The notes under the pieces were generated by a model, which saw only the letters and a program-made list of their open reading frames with translations, ran no database searches and was not told where the DNA came from. Positions 17,913 through 27,535 of a stretch of DNA of 58,122 bases are shown here, one piece after another. The stretch covers positions 1,928,141 to 1,986,262 of the forward strand of contig CP070695.1 of the NCBI GenBank assembly GCA_020353515.1, written 5' to 3'. Origin of the DNA: Candidatus Heimdallarchaeota archaeon. Its GTDB lineage: Archaea > Asgardarchaeota > Heimdallarchaeia > Hodarchaeales > Hodarchaeaceae. The stretch's first letter is position 1, and every line of letters starts with the position of its first letter. A program made the translations under genes and the position numbers.

Positions 17913-18210
17913 ATGACTCAGCAGGCAAAGGTCTTTGATTATACAGGAGATACTGAACAAGTCGACTCGATTAGACAAAAGATCAAAGAAATTGAACTAC
18001 AAGTCTTAGAGTCACAAAGAAGCAGTGATCAATCAAGAAAAAGGAAGTTATGAAGATGGTGAGAGAGGATATTCAAGAATTGATAAAGGAATTACAAGTA
18101 CAAACCTGAAGAGCTGCTCGGTATAGGTATAAAAGCCTACGAAAATGAAACTGAGTTTGTAGATGAAGCGTTTATATTTACCTCGATAATTCAGATTTTT
18201 CAATATTGAC
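17913..18210 (+). pseudogene. Frameshifted remnant of a helical protein
   Basis: Three protein-like fragments in successive frames (MTQQAKVFDY..., KEVMKMVREDIQELIKE..., KPEELLGIGIKAYENE...). Confidence 0.4.
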
Positions 18211-18619
18211 CCATTCTTGGTCTTTTAAAGGGGTTTTCTTCGGGTCCTAGGAGGAGGAACGCCGCCCGAAGCGCAAGTAGATGGAATGAGATGATTATGC
18301 TGACCGAAAAAAACCAGACGGAGGAAATAGTCCCAATAAAAAGTAGAAAAATTGAGCAGATGAGGAGTATAGTTCGAACCAACCTCCTACTTTTCATCTT
18401 GTTATCGAGATAAATTGTATCTGAGAATGCATATTCGAGAGAGACATTAGCAACATTGTACACTAGAATTACCATCCAAATCAAAAAAAAGACAAAAATT
18501 GTCAGGTATATTACTGGTCTCAGCTCGTTCGACATCGTAATAATCTGAAATTGATACTCTAATACTATTATTGTGAGGATTAATACCCCTAGAAACACAT
18601 CAGTCCGTGTAAAATCCAT
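18200..18619 (-). CDS. Small 4-TM membrane protein
   Basis: 139 aa, four hydrophobic segments, RBS GAGG. Confidence 0.7.
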   Translation of the reverse strand: MDFTRTDVFLGVLILTIIVLEYQFQIITMSNELRPVIYLTIFVFFLIWMVILVYNVANVSLEYAFSDTIYLDNKMKSRRLVRTILLICSIFLLFIGTISSVWFFSVSIIISFHLLALRAAFLLLGPEENPFKRPRMGQY

Positions 18620-18714
18620 CAGATATCCTCAATAAGTCAAAAATTCACCGGTTCTACAATAAATTAATAAATACTAAAAAGGTTTTATCTTGGATATCTT
18701 GTTAGAAATTCCGT

Positions 18715-19572
18715 GTGACTTGGTTTAATGAAATGACCACTAATGAGTTGGTCTTCACTGACCTGATTGGCCTACTTTTTGGTTCGCTATCTCTGATTCC
18801 AGTCTATTTTCTTGTTAAATATTATAGAAAGACCCAGATCCTCGATTATTTGCTGTTTACTGGAGTATTTGTTTGTAACGCGATCGGTAATTTTAGTAGT
18901 TTTATTCGTACATTTATTGAGTTTAATTTTATCAATCCTTATTGGATAAAATTCTTTCATTTTCTTGGATACTTCTTTGGTATTTTGGTTTATTCACCAT
19001 TCCTCTTACTCTATAGTCTTCGTATAAAGTGGGATAATCCCCGTAGAGTTGCTTGGTATATGGCGACAATCTTGACTCTACTAATGATATATTGTAGTTT
19101 TGAGAATTTTTATTTTAGAAATCTCTACCTACTTATAAGCAACCATAGTGGTTTTATTGATATTCTTACAAACTTGAGTCAATTTAGTATTTTAGGATTT
19201 ACCATTTTTGTTTATTTGACATCAAAACAAGAAATTGACGATAAGAGAGTAAAAATTGCACGAATGCTCTGGATTATCAGTGGCTGTTTTTTATTATTGG
19301 CTCCCTTGTTTGGCATAATTTATGTAATGTCAGGTTATGCTAACGTCTGGGAAGACTTAATGTACGTTTTCAGCTTAGTAGGAATTCTCCTTATTGCCTA
19401 TGTAACTATTCGCTATCCTGAAGCAGTACTCTTTTCCCATGCACAAATAATACGGGCTTTTACTGTATATGAAAAAGTCGTTTCTTTAAAATCAGGAGAT
19501 CCCATACATGAATATGGTGTGTCAGCACTCGTTGATTATCTGAAGAGGATTCCTCAAGACTTAATAAAATAA
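18715..19572 (+). CDS. 7TM-like membrane protein with conserved cytoplasmic tail (paralog of 25392..26327)
   Basis: About 7 TM helices; Y.KT.I.DYLLF and PE.VL.S..Q..RA...L..YL..IP motifs shared with the split paralog. Confidence 0.75.
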   Translation: MTWFNEMTTNELVFTDLIGLLFGSLSLIPVYFLVKYYRKTQILDYLLFTGVFVCNAIGNFSSFIRTFIEFNFINPYWIKFFHFLGYFFGILVYSPFLLLYSLRIKWDNPRRVAWYMATILTLLMIYCSFENFYFRNLYLLISNHSGFIDILTNLSQFSILGFTIFVYLTSKQEIDDKRVKIARMLWIISGCFLLLAPLFGIIYVMSGYANVWEDLMYVFSLVGILLIAYVTIRYPEAVLFSHAQIIRAFTVYEKVVSLKSGDPIHEYGVSALVDYLKRIPQDLIK

Positions 19573-19781
19573 TAACAAGGCATTCCTCTAGGTAAAACTC
19601 AAATAGGGCTCGTGTTGGTCTTCATGACATCATCTGAACACCCCCTCACATGAATGGCTCTGCTTTTCGTATAAATATTATTTTATAGATAAAAACATTA
19701 AATAATTGTTAAATATCCACAATTTAAATGCTTTTTTAGTTTGTTATAGAAAATAATCAGCCGTTTAGACAGGAAATTAGG

Positions 19782-21029
19782 ATGTTCTTTCGAATTCTAA
19801 GGAAAAGTATCCTTACTCGAAAAGGTAAGGTTGCGATTTCCCTGATCGCAATCATCATGGGTATTAGTATCCCTTCCGCTATGCTTAATGTATCATTAGA
19901 CATTAATGAAAAGATTGGAGTCGAATTCAGAAAATTTGGGGCAAATTTGCTTGTTGTTCCGAAGTCAGACACCATTCAGGTAGGTATAGGTGATATTAGC
20001 CTCAGTTCAGTTACAGATCAGCAATATATTAATGAAACTGACATTTATAAGATCAAAACAATAAATTGGTCAAGAAATATCTTAGGTTATGCTCCTTTCT
20101 TATATCAAGTGGTTTCTGTTAGAGCTAAAGGTAGTCTAGAGGAACAACGGGTTGTGTTAACTGGAACGTGGTTTGAAAAAAACACAACTTTAGAAGGAGG
20201 AGAAATTTTTACAACAGGAGTTAGGAGACTTAACAGTTGGTGGTGGACAATCGATGGAGAATGGATTAAAGACGAAACTAATAATTCTACTGATTCAATC
20301 TATTGTATGATCGGTACTACTGTCGCAGAAAAAATGAGTCTTAATCTGGGAGACGAGATAGAAGTCACTTACAAGGAAACAACTCAAGAAACCACTAAAA
20401 ATCTTCAAGTAGTGGGAATTATTACTTCAGGTGGGGTTGAAGATAATCACATCTATATTCCTCTACCTGTTGCTCAAAATTTATCTCAACGTGAAAACTT
20501 GGTTCATTCAGTTCAAGTTTCAGCTTTATGTACTGCATGTCCAATAGAGACGATTGCAGCTGAAATTGAAGGTAAGATCACTTATATAGAAGCGAAAACT
20601 ATTCTACAGATGACTAATGCTGAAATGAGTGTATTGAGTAAGATTCAACTGACAATGGCTTTCGTGACAATTATTGCTCTCTCTGCTACGGTATTAGGGA
20701 TGAGTACAACCTTAACAGCCTCAGTATTAGAGAGATATACTGAGATTGGACTTATCAAAAGTATCGGGGCCGAGAATCGAAAAATCGCTGCTCTTTTTTT
20801 CGCCGAATCCTCCATCATCGGGCTTCTGGGTGGTGTTCTTGGTTTTCTATTTGGAATTATTGGTGCTCAATTTGTGGGTCTTCTTGTATTCAATTCGTTA
20901 GTGACTCCTCAGTTGATAGTTTTACCTATAATACTTGGAGTCTCGGTTGGTGTATCACTACTGGCTTCATTACTGCCAGTCAAACGAGCCATGGGAATTG
21001 AGCCAGTTTTAGTTTTGAGAGGATTGTAA
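19782..21029 (+). CDS. FtsX/MacB-type ABC permease of a Ftr/P19(Fet)-like iron-uptake cluster
   Basis: FGANLLVVPK, YAPFLY, QVSALCTAC...IAAEIE, ERYTEIGLIKSIGA. Confidence 0.85.
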   Translation: MFFRILRKSILTRKGKVAISLIAIIMGISIPSAMLNVSLDINEKIGVEFRKFGANLLVVPKSDTIQVGIGDISLSSVTDQQYINETDIYKIKTINWSRNILGYAPFLYQVVSVRAKGSLEEQRVVLTGTWFEKNTTLEGGEIFTTGVRRLNSWWWTIDGEWIKDETNNSTDSIYCMIGTTVAEKMSLNLGDEIEVTYKETTQETTKNLQVVGIITSGGVEDNHIYIPLPVAQNLSQRENLVHSVQVSALCTACPIETIAAEIEGKITYIEAKTILQMTNAEMSVLSKIQLTMAFVTIIALSATVLGMSTTLTASVLERYTEIGLIKSIGAENRKIAALFFAESSIIGLLGGVLGFLFGIIGAQFVGLLVFNSLVTPQLIVLPIILGVSVGVSLLASLLPVKRAMGIEPVLVLRGL

Positions 21030-21682
21030 TGAAAGCTGGATTCATACAAACACACAATCTAACGAAGGTTTATGATGGGATTACTTGTGCTCTAGACAAT
21101 GTAAATCTCACGATCGAAGAGGGAGATTGGGTGTCATTAACTGGGCCGTCTGGTTCGGGAAAAACAACTCTGTTGAACATGATTGGGTGTTTAGACAAGC
21201 CTACCGACGGGTCAGTTGTAATAGATGGAACTCTGGTGACAAACCTAAATCAAAATCAATTGACACGCTTTAGACGAGAAATGATTGGTCTGATTTTTCA
21301 ACAACATTATCTCATCCCATATTTAACAGCTTTAGAGAATGTTCTGATCGCAATGTACTATCACAGCATTGTTGATGAAAATGAGGCAATCGAAGCTTTG
21401 ACCAAAGTCGGATTACGAAGTCGGCTAAATCATAAATCCTCTAAATTGTCAGGAGGAGAACAACAACGTGTGTGTATCGCCCGAGCATTGATTAATGAGC
21501 CCAAAATACTCGTAGCTGATGAACCAACTGGGAATTTAGATCAAAAAAATGGTCAAGTTGTGATGGATCTTATCTCTGATTTACATAAAGAGGGCCACAC
21601 TATTCTTATCGTCACTCATAACTTGGAAATCGCAAAACAAGGTAATAAAATTCTACAAATGGTTGACGGGAAGGTCTCATAA
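21029..21682 (+). CDS. ABC transporter ATP-binding protein
   Basis: GPSGSGKT, LSGGEQQR, ADEPTG; TAATG coupling to the permease. Confidence 0.95.
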   Translation: MKAGFIQTHNLTKVYDGITCALDNVNLTIEEGDWVSLTGPSGSGKTTLLNMIGCLDKPTDGSVVIDGTLVTNLNQNQLTRFRREMIGLIFQQHYLIPYLTALENVLIAMYYHSIVDENEAIEALTKVGLRSRLNHKSSKLSGGEQQRVCIARALINEPKILVADEPTGNLDQKNGQVVMDLISDLHKEGHTILIVTHNLEIAKQGNKILQMVDGKVS

Positions 21683-21730
21683 CACAACCATACATAATAG
21701 TAAATTAAAGAGAGAAAAGAGGTGAAAAGT

Positions 21731-22285
21731 TTGTCAAATAAAAGTAATCGAAGAAAAATGAAGATGAAAGCTCGAAGAATGAAAGCTAAAAAGCTGGTCA
21801 AAAAAGAGGGAGATCATAACTGGAACATGGTATTAGCAATTGTTGTGGTGACGGTAGTTGGATTTTCTGCAATCTTATTTCTGCAAGGAAACAACGATCC
21901 GAACTCGAGTAATCCAATATCAAGACCACAAAAGGATGGAGATAATTTAGTACTGTCAGTATCGAGTTTAAATACTAAGGTTAAGTTCTTTGGGTATAAA
22001 AGTGGGGTAGTTCAAATTTCTTATTTCGCTGTCCTTGGTTCTGATGAACAAGTCCGCCTCGCTTTTGACGCGTGTGATGTATGCTTCGCAGAGAAAAAGG
22101 GGTATCGTCAAAATGGGGATGTAATGGTCTGTAATAACTGTGGAAAGCAGTTTCACATCGATGGAATTGGCACTGAGAACGTTCAAGGTGGCTGCTGGCC
22201 CAGTTATTTACCAATCACAGTAGCTGAAGGGAACGTTCGTATTAGAATCTCTGATGTTGTATCAAAGAAATACATGTTTGAATGA
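21731..22285 (+). CDS. DUF2318 / FtrD-like membrane-anchored Fe-S protein
   Basis: DACDVC...GY.Q.GD..VCNNC...GGC.P; one TM; the GAGGTGA RBS favours TTG 21731 over GTG 21722. Confidence 0.85.
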   Translation: MSNKSNRRKMKMKARRMKAKKLVKKEGDHNWNMVLAIVVVTVVGFSAILFLQGNNDPNSSNPISRPQKDGDNLVLSVSSLNTKVKFFGYKSGVVQISYFAVLGSDEQVRLAFDACDVCFAEKKGYRQNGDVMVCNNCGKQFHIDGIGTENVQGGCWPSYLPITVAEGNVRIRISDVVSKKYMFE

Positions 22286-22575
22286 ACTTTCCGTTCTGCA
22301 AACTGGGGAAAAAACCTTTTTTTTCTCTTGGTCTCCCTTTTTCTTTAAAAGACACAAATGTAGGTTTTCATGAAGATTTTTAAGGGGAGGAAATATAGGA
22401 GTACAGAATTCTCTCCGATGATTTACTAATATGTTAAAATCAGCTCAAACAACCAGCTGTTGAGAAAAGGCCTTTAATAGTAAAATCTGACATTATAAAT
22501 GAACAACATACTCCGACAGAGCGATGGGAAGAAGAACCTCCTGAATCATCCGTTGACAAATTTATTACACCAGAC

Positions 22576-23100
22576 TTGGAACCACCAGAGGAAGCAATAC
22601 CTGAAACACCACCCATAAAACCTGTAGACGAGGATAAAAAAGCATTATTTTCCTCTATTCAATATCAGGTTCAAGACTTGTTATTTGAACAAGATGAAAC
22701 TACCTTTTTTGCACGGATGATCCCCTATTCAGGTTCTATCAAGGAAATTTTGGTAAAAATAAAGCAGAATCAGATCATTATGAGTGGTTGTCTTAAACGA
22801 GAGAATATCCCAAAAACAAATCTCGAATTGAAAATTGATGGGGAACCTAAAGAGCCATCCTGGGGTGATCCTTGGCAAGATATTTTCTTAATTGGGGAAG
22901 AAAAGATCATTAGGGGGATCAAAGCATGTTCTGAAATCGCTAATCGAATGAATTCTTTAGGGACAGTATTTATCAAGTTTGAGTCACAGATTAAAGGAGA
23001 ATGTTTTCAATTAACCTGCAACGAGACAGAAGAATCAATAAAACTTGCGTATTCACTAATCAAGGATCTTCAACTATTTTTTGAGGTCTCTTTGTATTAG
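22576..23100 (+). CDS. Hypothetical protein (start uncertain, possibly 5'-truncated)
   Basis: The frame stays open upstream to a TAA at 22435-22437 with no good start codon. Confidence 0.5.
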   Translation: MEPPEEAIPETPPIKPVDEDKKALFSSIQYQVQDLLFEQDETTFFARMIPYSGSIKEILVKIKQNQIIMSGCLKRENIPKTNLELKIDGEPKEPSWGDPWQDIFLIGEEKIIRGIKACSEIANRMNSLGTVFIKFESQIKGECFQLTCNETEESIKLAYSLIKDLQLFFEVSLY

Positions 23101-23146
23101 TCAAATCAGTTCGCATAGATGAATCTTTTTGTATAGTCATCTGCTG

Positions 23147-23443
23147 TCATTCTGGGATCTGTTTTGGTTCTTCAGTCTGCAGTTGTGCAATAAACTCCTC
23201 TGGATGACACTTCAAACGTTCTTCGGTAATTAGATTGTGTAATTTGACATGTTGGTCTAGATTTTGGGAATCAGCCAGATGTTCAAGTCTATGTTCTAGT
23301 CCTTCTAGTAAAATGTGTTTGAGTAAATTTTCTGGAGATTCAAAGCCCCATTCGAACAGTTTAGATGCAGATTCGAAAAATTCAATTAATTCGGGAGGTA
23401 AATCAAATTCTATTTTCACGATTGTCCATTCCTTAGATTTCAC
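23147..23443 (-). CDS. Hypothetical small protein, possibly ribbon-helix-helix
   Basis: 98 aa; beta-strand then helices (IVKIEFDLPPELIEFFE). Confidence 0.5.
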   Translation of the reverse strand: MKSKEWTIVKIEFDLPPELIEFFESASKLFEWGFESPENLLKHILLEGLEHRLEHLADSQNLDQHVKLHNLITEERLKCHPEEFIAQLQTEEPKQIPE

Positions 23444-23565
23444 TATGTAATTAACAATAGTTAACTTTCAGTATTTAAATTTACTTCTTCGATTTAAATC
23501 TAAAAGCTAACAAAAAATCTTGCTCAATTTTATTAACTTCAAGAAATCAGAGTTATTTCCATAAT

Positions 23566-23964
23566 ATGGTGAAATTTATGAAGAATAGTTTTCGTAATAA
23601 CCTCTGGTATTTAGCTCATCCTTATACTGCTGATTCTGATGAAAAAATCGAACTAAACGTGAAGAAAGCAAATATCATTGCTGCAAAGCTTATATGTGCT
23701 GGTTTATTTGTCTATTCACCAATCAGTATGACCCATTGGATTCACAAAGAAGCGGTTGAAATGGGATTAATCGATAAAAGTGAATGGGATCTCTGGATGA
23801 AGTTTGATTACTTTTTCATTGAGAATCATTGCACTGGACTCATTATATCTCCTGGGTGGGAAGATTCACAAGGATGTAAAGAGGAATACAAGAGATTTCA
23901 AGAACTCAAGAAACCTATCTATCTTCTGGAGGAGATTTATCAAGAACTAAATATTAGAGAGTAA
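23566..23964 (+). CDS. DUF1937 / nucleoside-deoxyribosyltransferase-like protein
   Basis: YLAHPYT, VYSPISMTH, W...D, PGWEDSQGCKEE. Confidence 0.8.
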   Translation: MVKFMKNSFRNNLWYLAHPYTADSDEKIELNVKKANIIAAKLICAGLFVYSPISMTHWIHKEAVEMGLIDKSEWDLWMKFDYFFIENHCTGLIISPGWEDSQGCKEEYKRFQELKKPIYLLEEIYQELNIRE

Positions 23965-24005
23965 GTCCTTCTCTTGTACTATAATCAATATGGATTCTAA
24001 TTTTA

Positions 24006-25127
24006 CTAGTATCGGATTCTGGGATCAAGAAAAGCATAGGTAACATCCGTTGCTAAATTAGCAATAATCACGAATACCGCAATGAGCATATTGATCCCCA
24101 TCATAAAGTTGTAATCTCTGACGTTTACTCGGTAAACAGCTTCCCTCCCCAAACCGGGCCAAGAAAAGACCGTTTCAGTTAATGCAGATCCAGCTAACAA
24201 AAACCCAATAGCTAAACCGACAACTGTGACCACAGGTAATAGTGCGTTGCTTAAAGCATGTTTGTAAATCACTAATCGTTCGGAAAGCCCTTTTGATCGA
24301 GCAGTTAGGATATAATCTTGGCGTAAGACCTCTAACATACTTGATCGAGTCAAGCGAAGAATCAATGCAGTTCCTTGTAACCCTAAAACGAGTGTTGGGA
24401 GAATCATATGAAATAGTTCATCCCAAATCAGCTCAAGGAAGGTTTCATTTCCCGTCAAGTCATAACTATACGCCCCAATTGTGGGGAATTTTATGCCAAA
24501 GAACACTTTCCAGTCTGAGAAGAGTAAGATGCACATGATTCCAGTCCAAAATACTGGCATAGAGACCCCAAATAAGGCAGCCGTCGTCGAAATGCTGTCT
24601 GTTTTTGAGTAAGGGCGTCTAGCAGATAAGATGCCTAAGGGGATCCCAAGTGTTAAGCTCAGAATTAGGGAAGCCAAACCTAATTTCATGGTTTGCCACG
24701 TTAATGCCCCTATCATGGAATTAATAGAGGAACCTGAATAAGAACGACCTAAATTGCCAAAAATAAAACCAGGGGTGAAATCACTTGGTGCTATCCCTAA
24801 GTCTACTTTAAATGTGCTTTGAAGTCCACGGCCTACCCCCAATAGGACATAATCTGAAAACTCGGCCAGATAATCGCTGTCTTCGGAGTTTTTTCCGAAT
24901 AACCAAAAGATATACTGTTCCTGGGGAGGCCTATCTAGTCCTAGCTGATGGCGCATGTTTTCCATTTCTTCCATTGTCAAAGTGGGATCACCTTGTTTGA
25001 GAACATCAACATAATCCATTGGACTAAGCCACATAAGTGTGAAGAGGAGGATAGAAATTCCTAATATTAAAGGAATACTCAAAAGGGTACGCCGAATGAT
25101 ATAATTACGCAGACTCATCTCTTTCAT
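24006..25127 (-). CDS. dppB: Oligo/dipeptide ABC transporter permease (DppB/OppB family)
   Basis: YIIRR, LGLD.P...QY, RSSMLEVL.QDYILTARSKGL EAA motif, ETVFSWPGLG. Confidence 0.9.
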   Translation of the reverse strand: MKEMSLRNYIIRRTLLSIPLILGISILLFTLMWLSPMDYVDVLKQGDPTLTMEEMENMRHQLGLDRPPQEQYIFWLFGKNSEDSDYLAEFSDYVLLGVGRGLQSTFKVDLGIAPSDFTPGFIFGNLGRSYSGSSINSMIGALTWQTMKLGLASLILSLTLGIPLGILSARRPYSKTDSISTTAALFGVSMPVFWTGIMCILLFSDWKVFFGIKFPTIGAYSYDLTGNETFLELIWDELFHMILPTLVLGLQGTALILRLTRSSMLEVLRQDYILTARSKGLSERLVIYKHALSNALLPVVTVVGLAIGFLLAGSALTETVFSWPGLGREAVYRVNVRDYNFMMGINMLIAVFVIIANLATDVTYAFLDPRIRY

Positions 25128-25209
25128 CCCTTAGTAGAATGGAGAAATCAACTCTCTGAACTTGGTATCTAGCATAGAATGATAATATCAAAAATCCTCT
25201 TTCTCACAG

Positions 25210-25316
25210 GTTATAAGTAGTTATTGCTCTGTGCAGTCAGAAGAAATTTAGACAAAAAATGTGAACCTCCCCATTAAGTTATAAAAAGTTATTGCTCAGT
25301 GCAATTAGGAAAGATT
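25210..25316 (-). promoter_or_regulatory. Duplicated promoter/operator unit upstream of dppB
   Basis: GTTATAA..AGTTATTGCTC.GTGCA at 25210 and 25278 (23/26 identical). Confidence 0.6.
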
Positions 25317-25391
25317 CTCAAGAATTCAATTGGATCTAAAGGATTTAATTCGTCAAAGGAATAATACCAGTTACGAGATACACCAAAATAT

Positions 25392-26327
25392 TCAGCTTAA
25401 CCTTCCCTGATCACTACCAGATGTTGATAACTCAAAAAATTCTGGTGGTAATTCGCTTAAATATGCATAAAGAACAGATAACCCAACATCGATTCTTTTC
25501 TGACCAAACTCTCCTGACTTAATCTTCTTATAGAGGTAAGATGCTCTAATTAATTGTGACTTTGAAATCAATACACATTCTGGAAATCGTACCACGATAG
25601 AAGTAATTATTATTACAGCAACTAAGTCAGGAAAACTTCTAATTGCCGGAGTAAGTTCCAAGAGAGAAACTAAATCAATCAAATATAAGAAAGGACGGCC
25701 CATAGTGAAAATCCCTACAAAAATCCAGAGGATTTTCACAGTTTTCAATCTTACGTCGTTGATGGCAATTTTCACAGTCAAATAAGCATGAACAGCTACT
25801 ATCAGTGTAAAAACGCGATAAATGCTGATAAGAAAGTCGTAACCTTGTCCCATTAGTACTATATTCCCCTGAATCACTAGTGCTACCCCTATATCAAAAG
25901 CATCAACATTGTACAAGGTTAGAAAGAGAAAGTTGATCTTATCTGGCAATTTCACAACTTCATAGAATAATATCATTATTTACAGGATCGAGTACCAAAT
26001 AACGCCAATGTACAAGAGTAACCTTGGAGGTGTGTCATGTTTCACTCTAAGAGCATGAATGAATACAAAGAGATAAACAATAATATAGCTCGAAGTAACG
26101 ATCTGATTCACCAATATATTGATTGGATCAATCACATAGAAAAATGAGAAGAGTTGGTTGATAGTAACTGCAACAAAAGCACCTGCAAAAATTAGATAAT
26201 CAACTATGTGGGTTCGTAGATAATGTATAATAAGTAGAATGGATGGCATTAGACAAAATATGCTTATAAACAGATAGATCCATTGGATCATCTGAATTGG
26301 TGCCAAATAATCAACCTCTAGTTGCAA
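25392..26327 (-). pseudogene. 7TM-like membrane protein split by a single in-frame TAA (25982-25980)
   Basis: ORFs 25980..26327 and 25392..25976 share a frame (...ATC CTG TAA ATA ATG...) and together match 18715..19572 end to end. Confidence 0.75.
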
Positions 26328-26391
26328 AAAAACTAGTGCAGTAATAATAGATTTGCTTGAATAGGAGAAAATAAGAGAAATAGTCTTTATT

Positions 26392-27132
26392 TCACTGATT
26401 GACCATTTTCCTCTGGATTTGGGTAATTTCTCTAGTGAAAGTGCTCTTATCTTTGTTTAAGGAGGAGTAAAAGAGTACAACACAATGTGTGGGAGTTTTA
26501 ATTTCGTAAAAATGAATATTCGTAAATAATATCTCGCTAGTCGTCTGTTCTTGGTTTATTTTCTTTTCAAGATCTGAAATATCACGATAAATCCGTGTTA
26601 TTTGAGGTAAATTTGCAGTAATCAAAGGATCAGTAATTTTAGTAAAAACTGGATGAAAGAATTTGGTTTCGTAAATAATGTAATTTTTTATTGTTGTTGG
26701 TCTCATAATCTTAATTAATCGGTCTAAAGTGGTAACATCAATTGTAATCATTTCCGCATACTGATTTCTGACAATTATTCTAAAATTTTCGAAATCCATA
26801 CGATTGAGAACAGTCTCTTTGTATAATTCATCAGTATATACAATTTCAAATTTTAACACTATTTTTTTTAGGAATTCGTGAAGTTTTGGGTCATCTTCTA
26901 CAGTAAATATGATACCATATGTTAGAACTCCCTCATATAATAAAAGCATGTATTCTCTGTATCGAATTGCAGTAACAGTTTCTCCACGAGTCTCTCTAAG
27001 AGCACTTAGTACAGCTGAAATAAGGCCTGCTTGAATGTCAATGTCTGAGTCTATTTCCAATAAATAATTACCTACAAAGGAATGGGAAAAGACTAGGATG
27101 CCTGATTTTGTAATGATATTTATTCCAAACAT
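26392..27132 (-). CDS. Longin-like domain protein (two domains)
   Basis: IITKSGILVFSHSF...AGLISAV...L..IV.KFE..Y......F..F pattern typical of archaeal longins; second longin/roadblock-like domain. Confidence 0.7.
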   Translation of the reverse strand: MFGINIITKSGILVFSHSFVGNYLLEIDSDIDIQAGLISAVLSALRETRGETVTAIRYREYMLLLYEGVLTYGIIFTVEDDPKLHEFLKKIVLKFEIVYTDELYKETVLNRMDFENFRIIVRNQYAEMITIDVTTLDRLIKIMRPTTIKNYIIYETKFFHPVFTKITDPLITANLPQITRIYRDISDLEKKINQEQTTSEILFTNIHFYEIKTPTHCVVLFYSSLNKDKSTFTREITQIQRKMVNQ

Positions 27133-27306
27133 TTAGAACATCAAGAAAAGGCTATTGGAGTTACGGATTACGTTATCTTACCATCTGATTCTAATTTGAT
27201 AATTAGCTTAAATTTCCTAGTACTAAAATATTGAGATATTCTGGGAATAAATGTCATAATGGGAATAAGTTCTGAATGTGAAGTAACAATTCTACTTCAA
27301 ACTTCT

Positions 27307-27444
27307 TTATTCACCATATTCCCATTCATTCGTCTTGATTGAAAAAAGAAACCTCGAAATCTCTCGTTGAGGGTCATAGGCTTGATGGATAACTTTCCCA
27401 ATAATAACGATATCAGCGCCTTTAAAGATCTGATGGATTTCATT
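27307..27444 (-). pseudogene. C-terminal fragment resembling an OMP decarboxylase/hexulose-phosphate synthase barrel
   Basis: KGADIVIIGKVIHQAYDPQREISRF resembles GAD..IVGR.I..A.DP; no start codon. Confidence 0.35.
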
Positions 27445-27535
27445 ATAACATTTTCTGTGTGGTGTTTGGTGGCTTTTACAGCTCAAAAATCCCTAAGATG
27501 AATGTAACGCTATGAAAAAGCACACAAATCTGAAA

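Noticed and set aside
23147-23964. Provirus suggested by the DUF1937 gene
   Set aside because: No integrase, capsid, terminase or att sites nearby
25980-25982. Selenocysteine/pyrrolysine read-through
   Set aside because: The stop is TAA, not TGA or TAG
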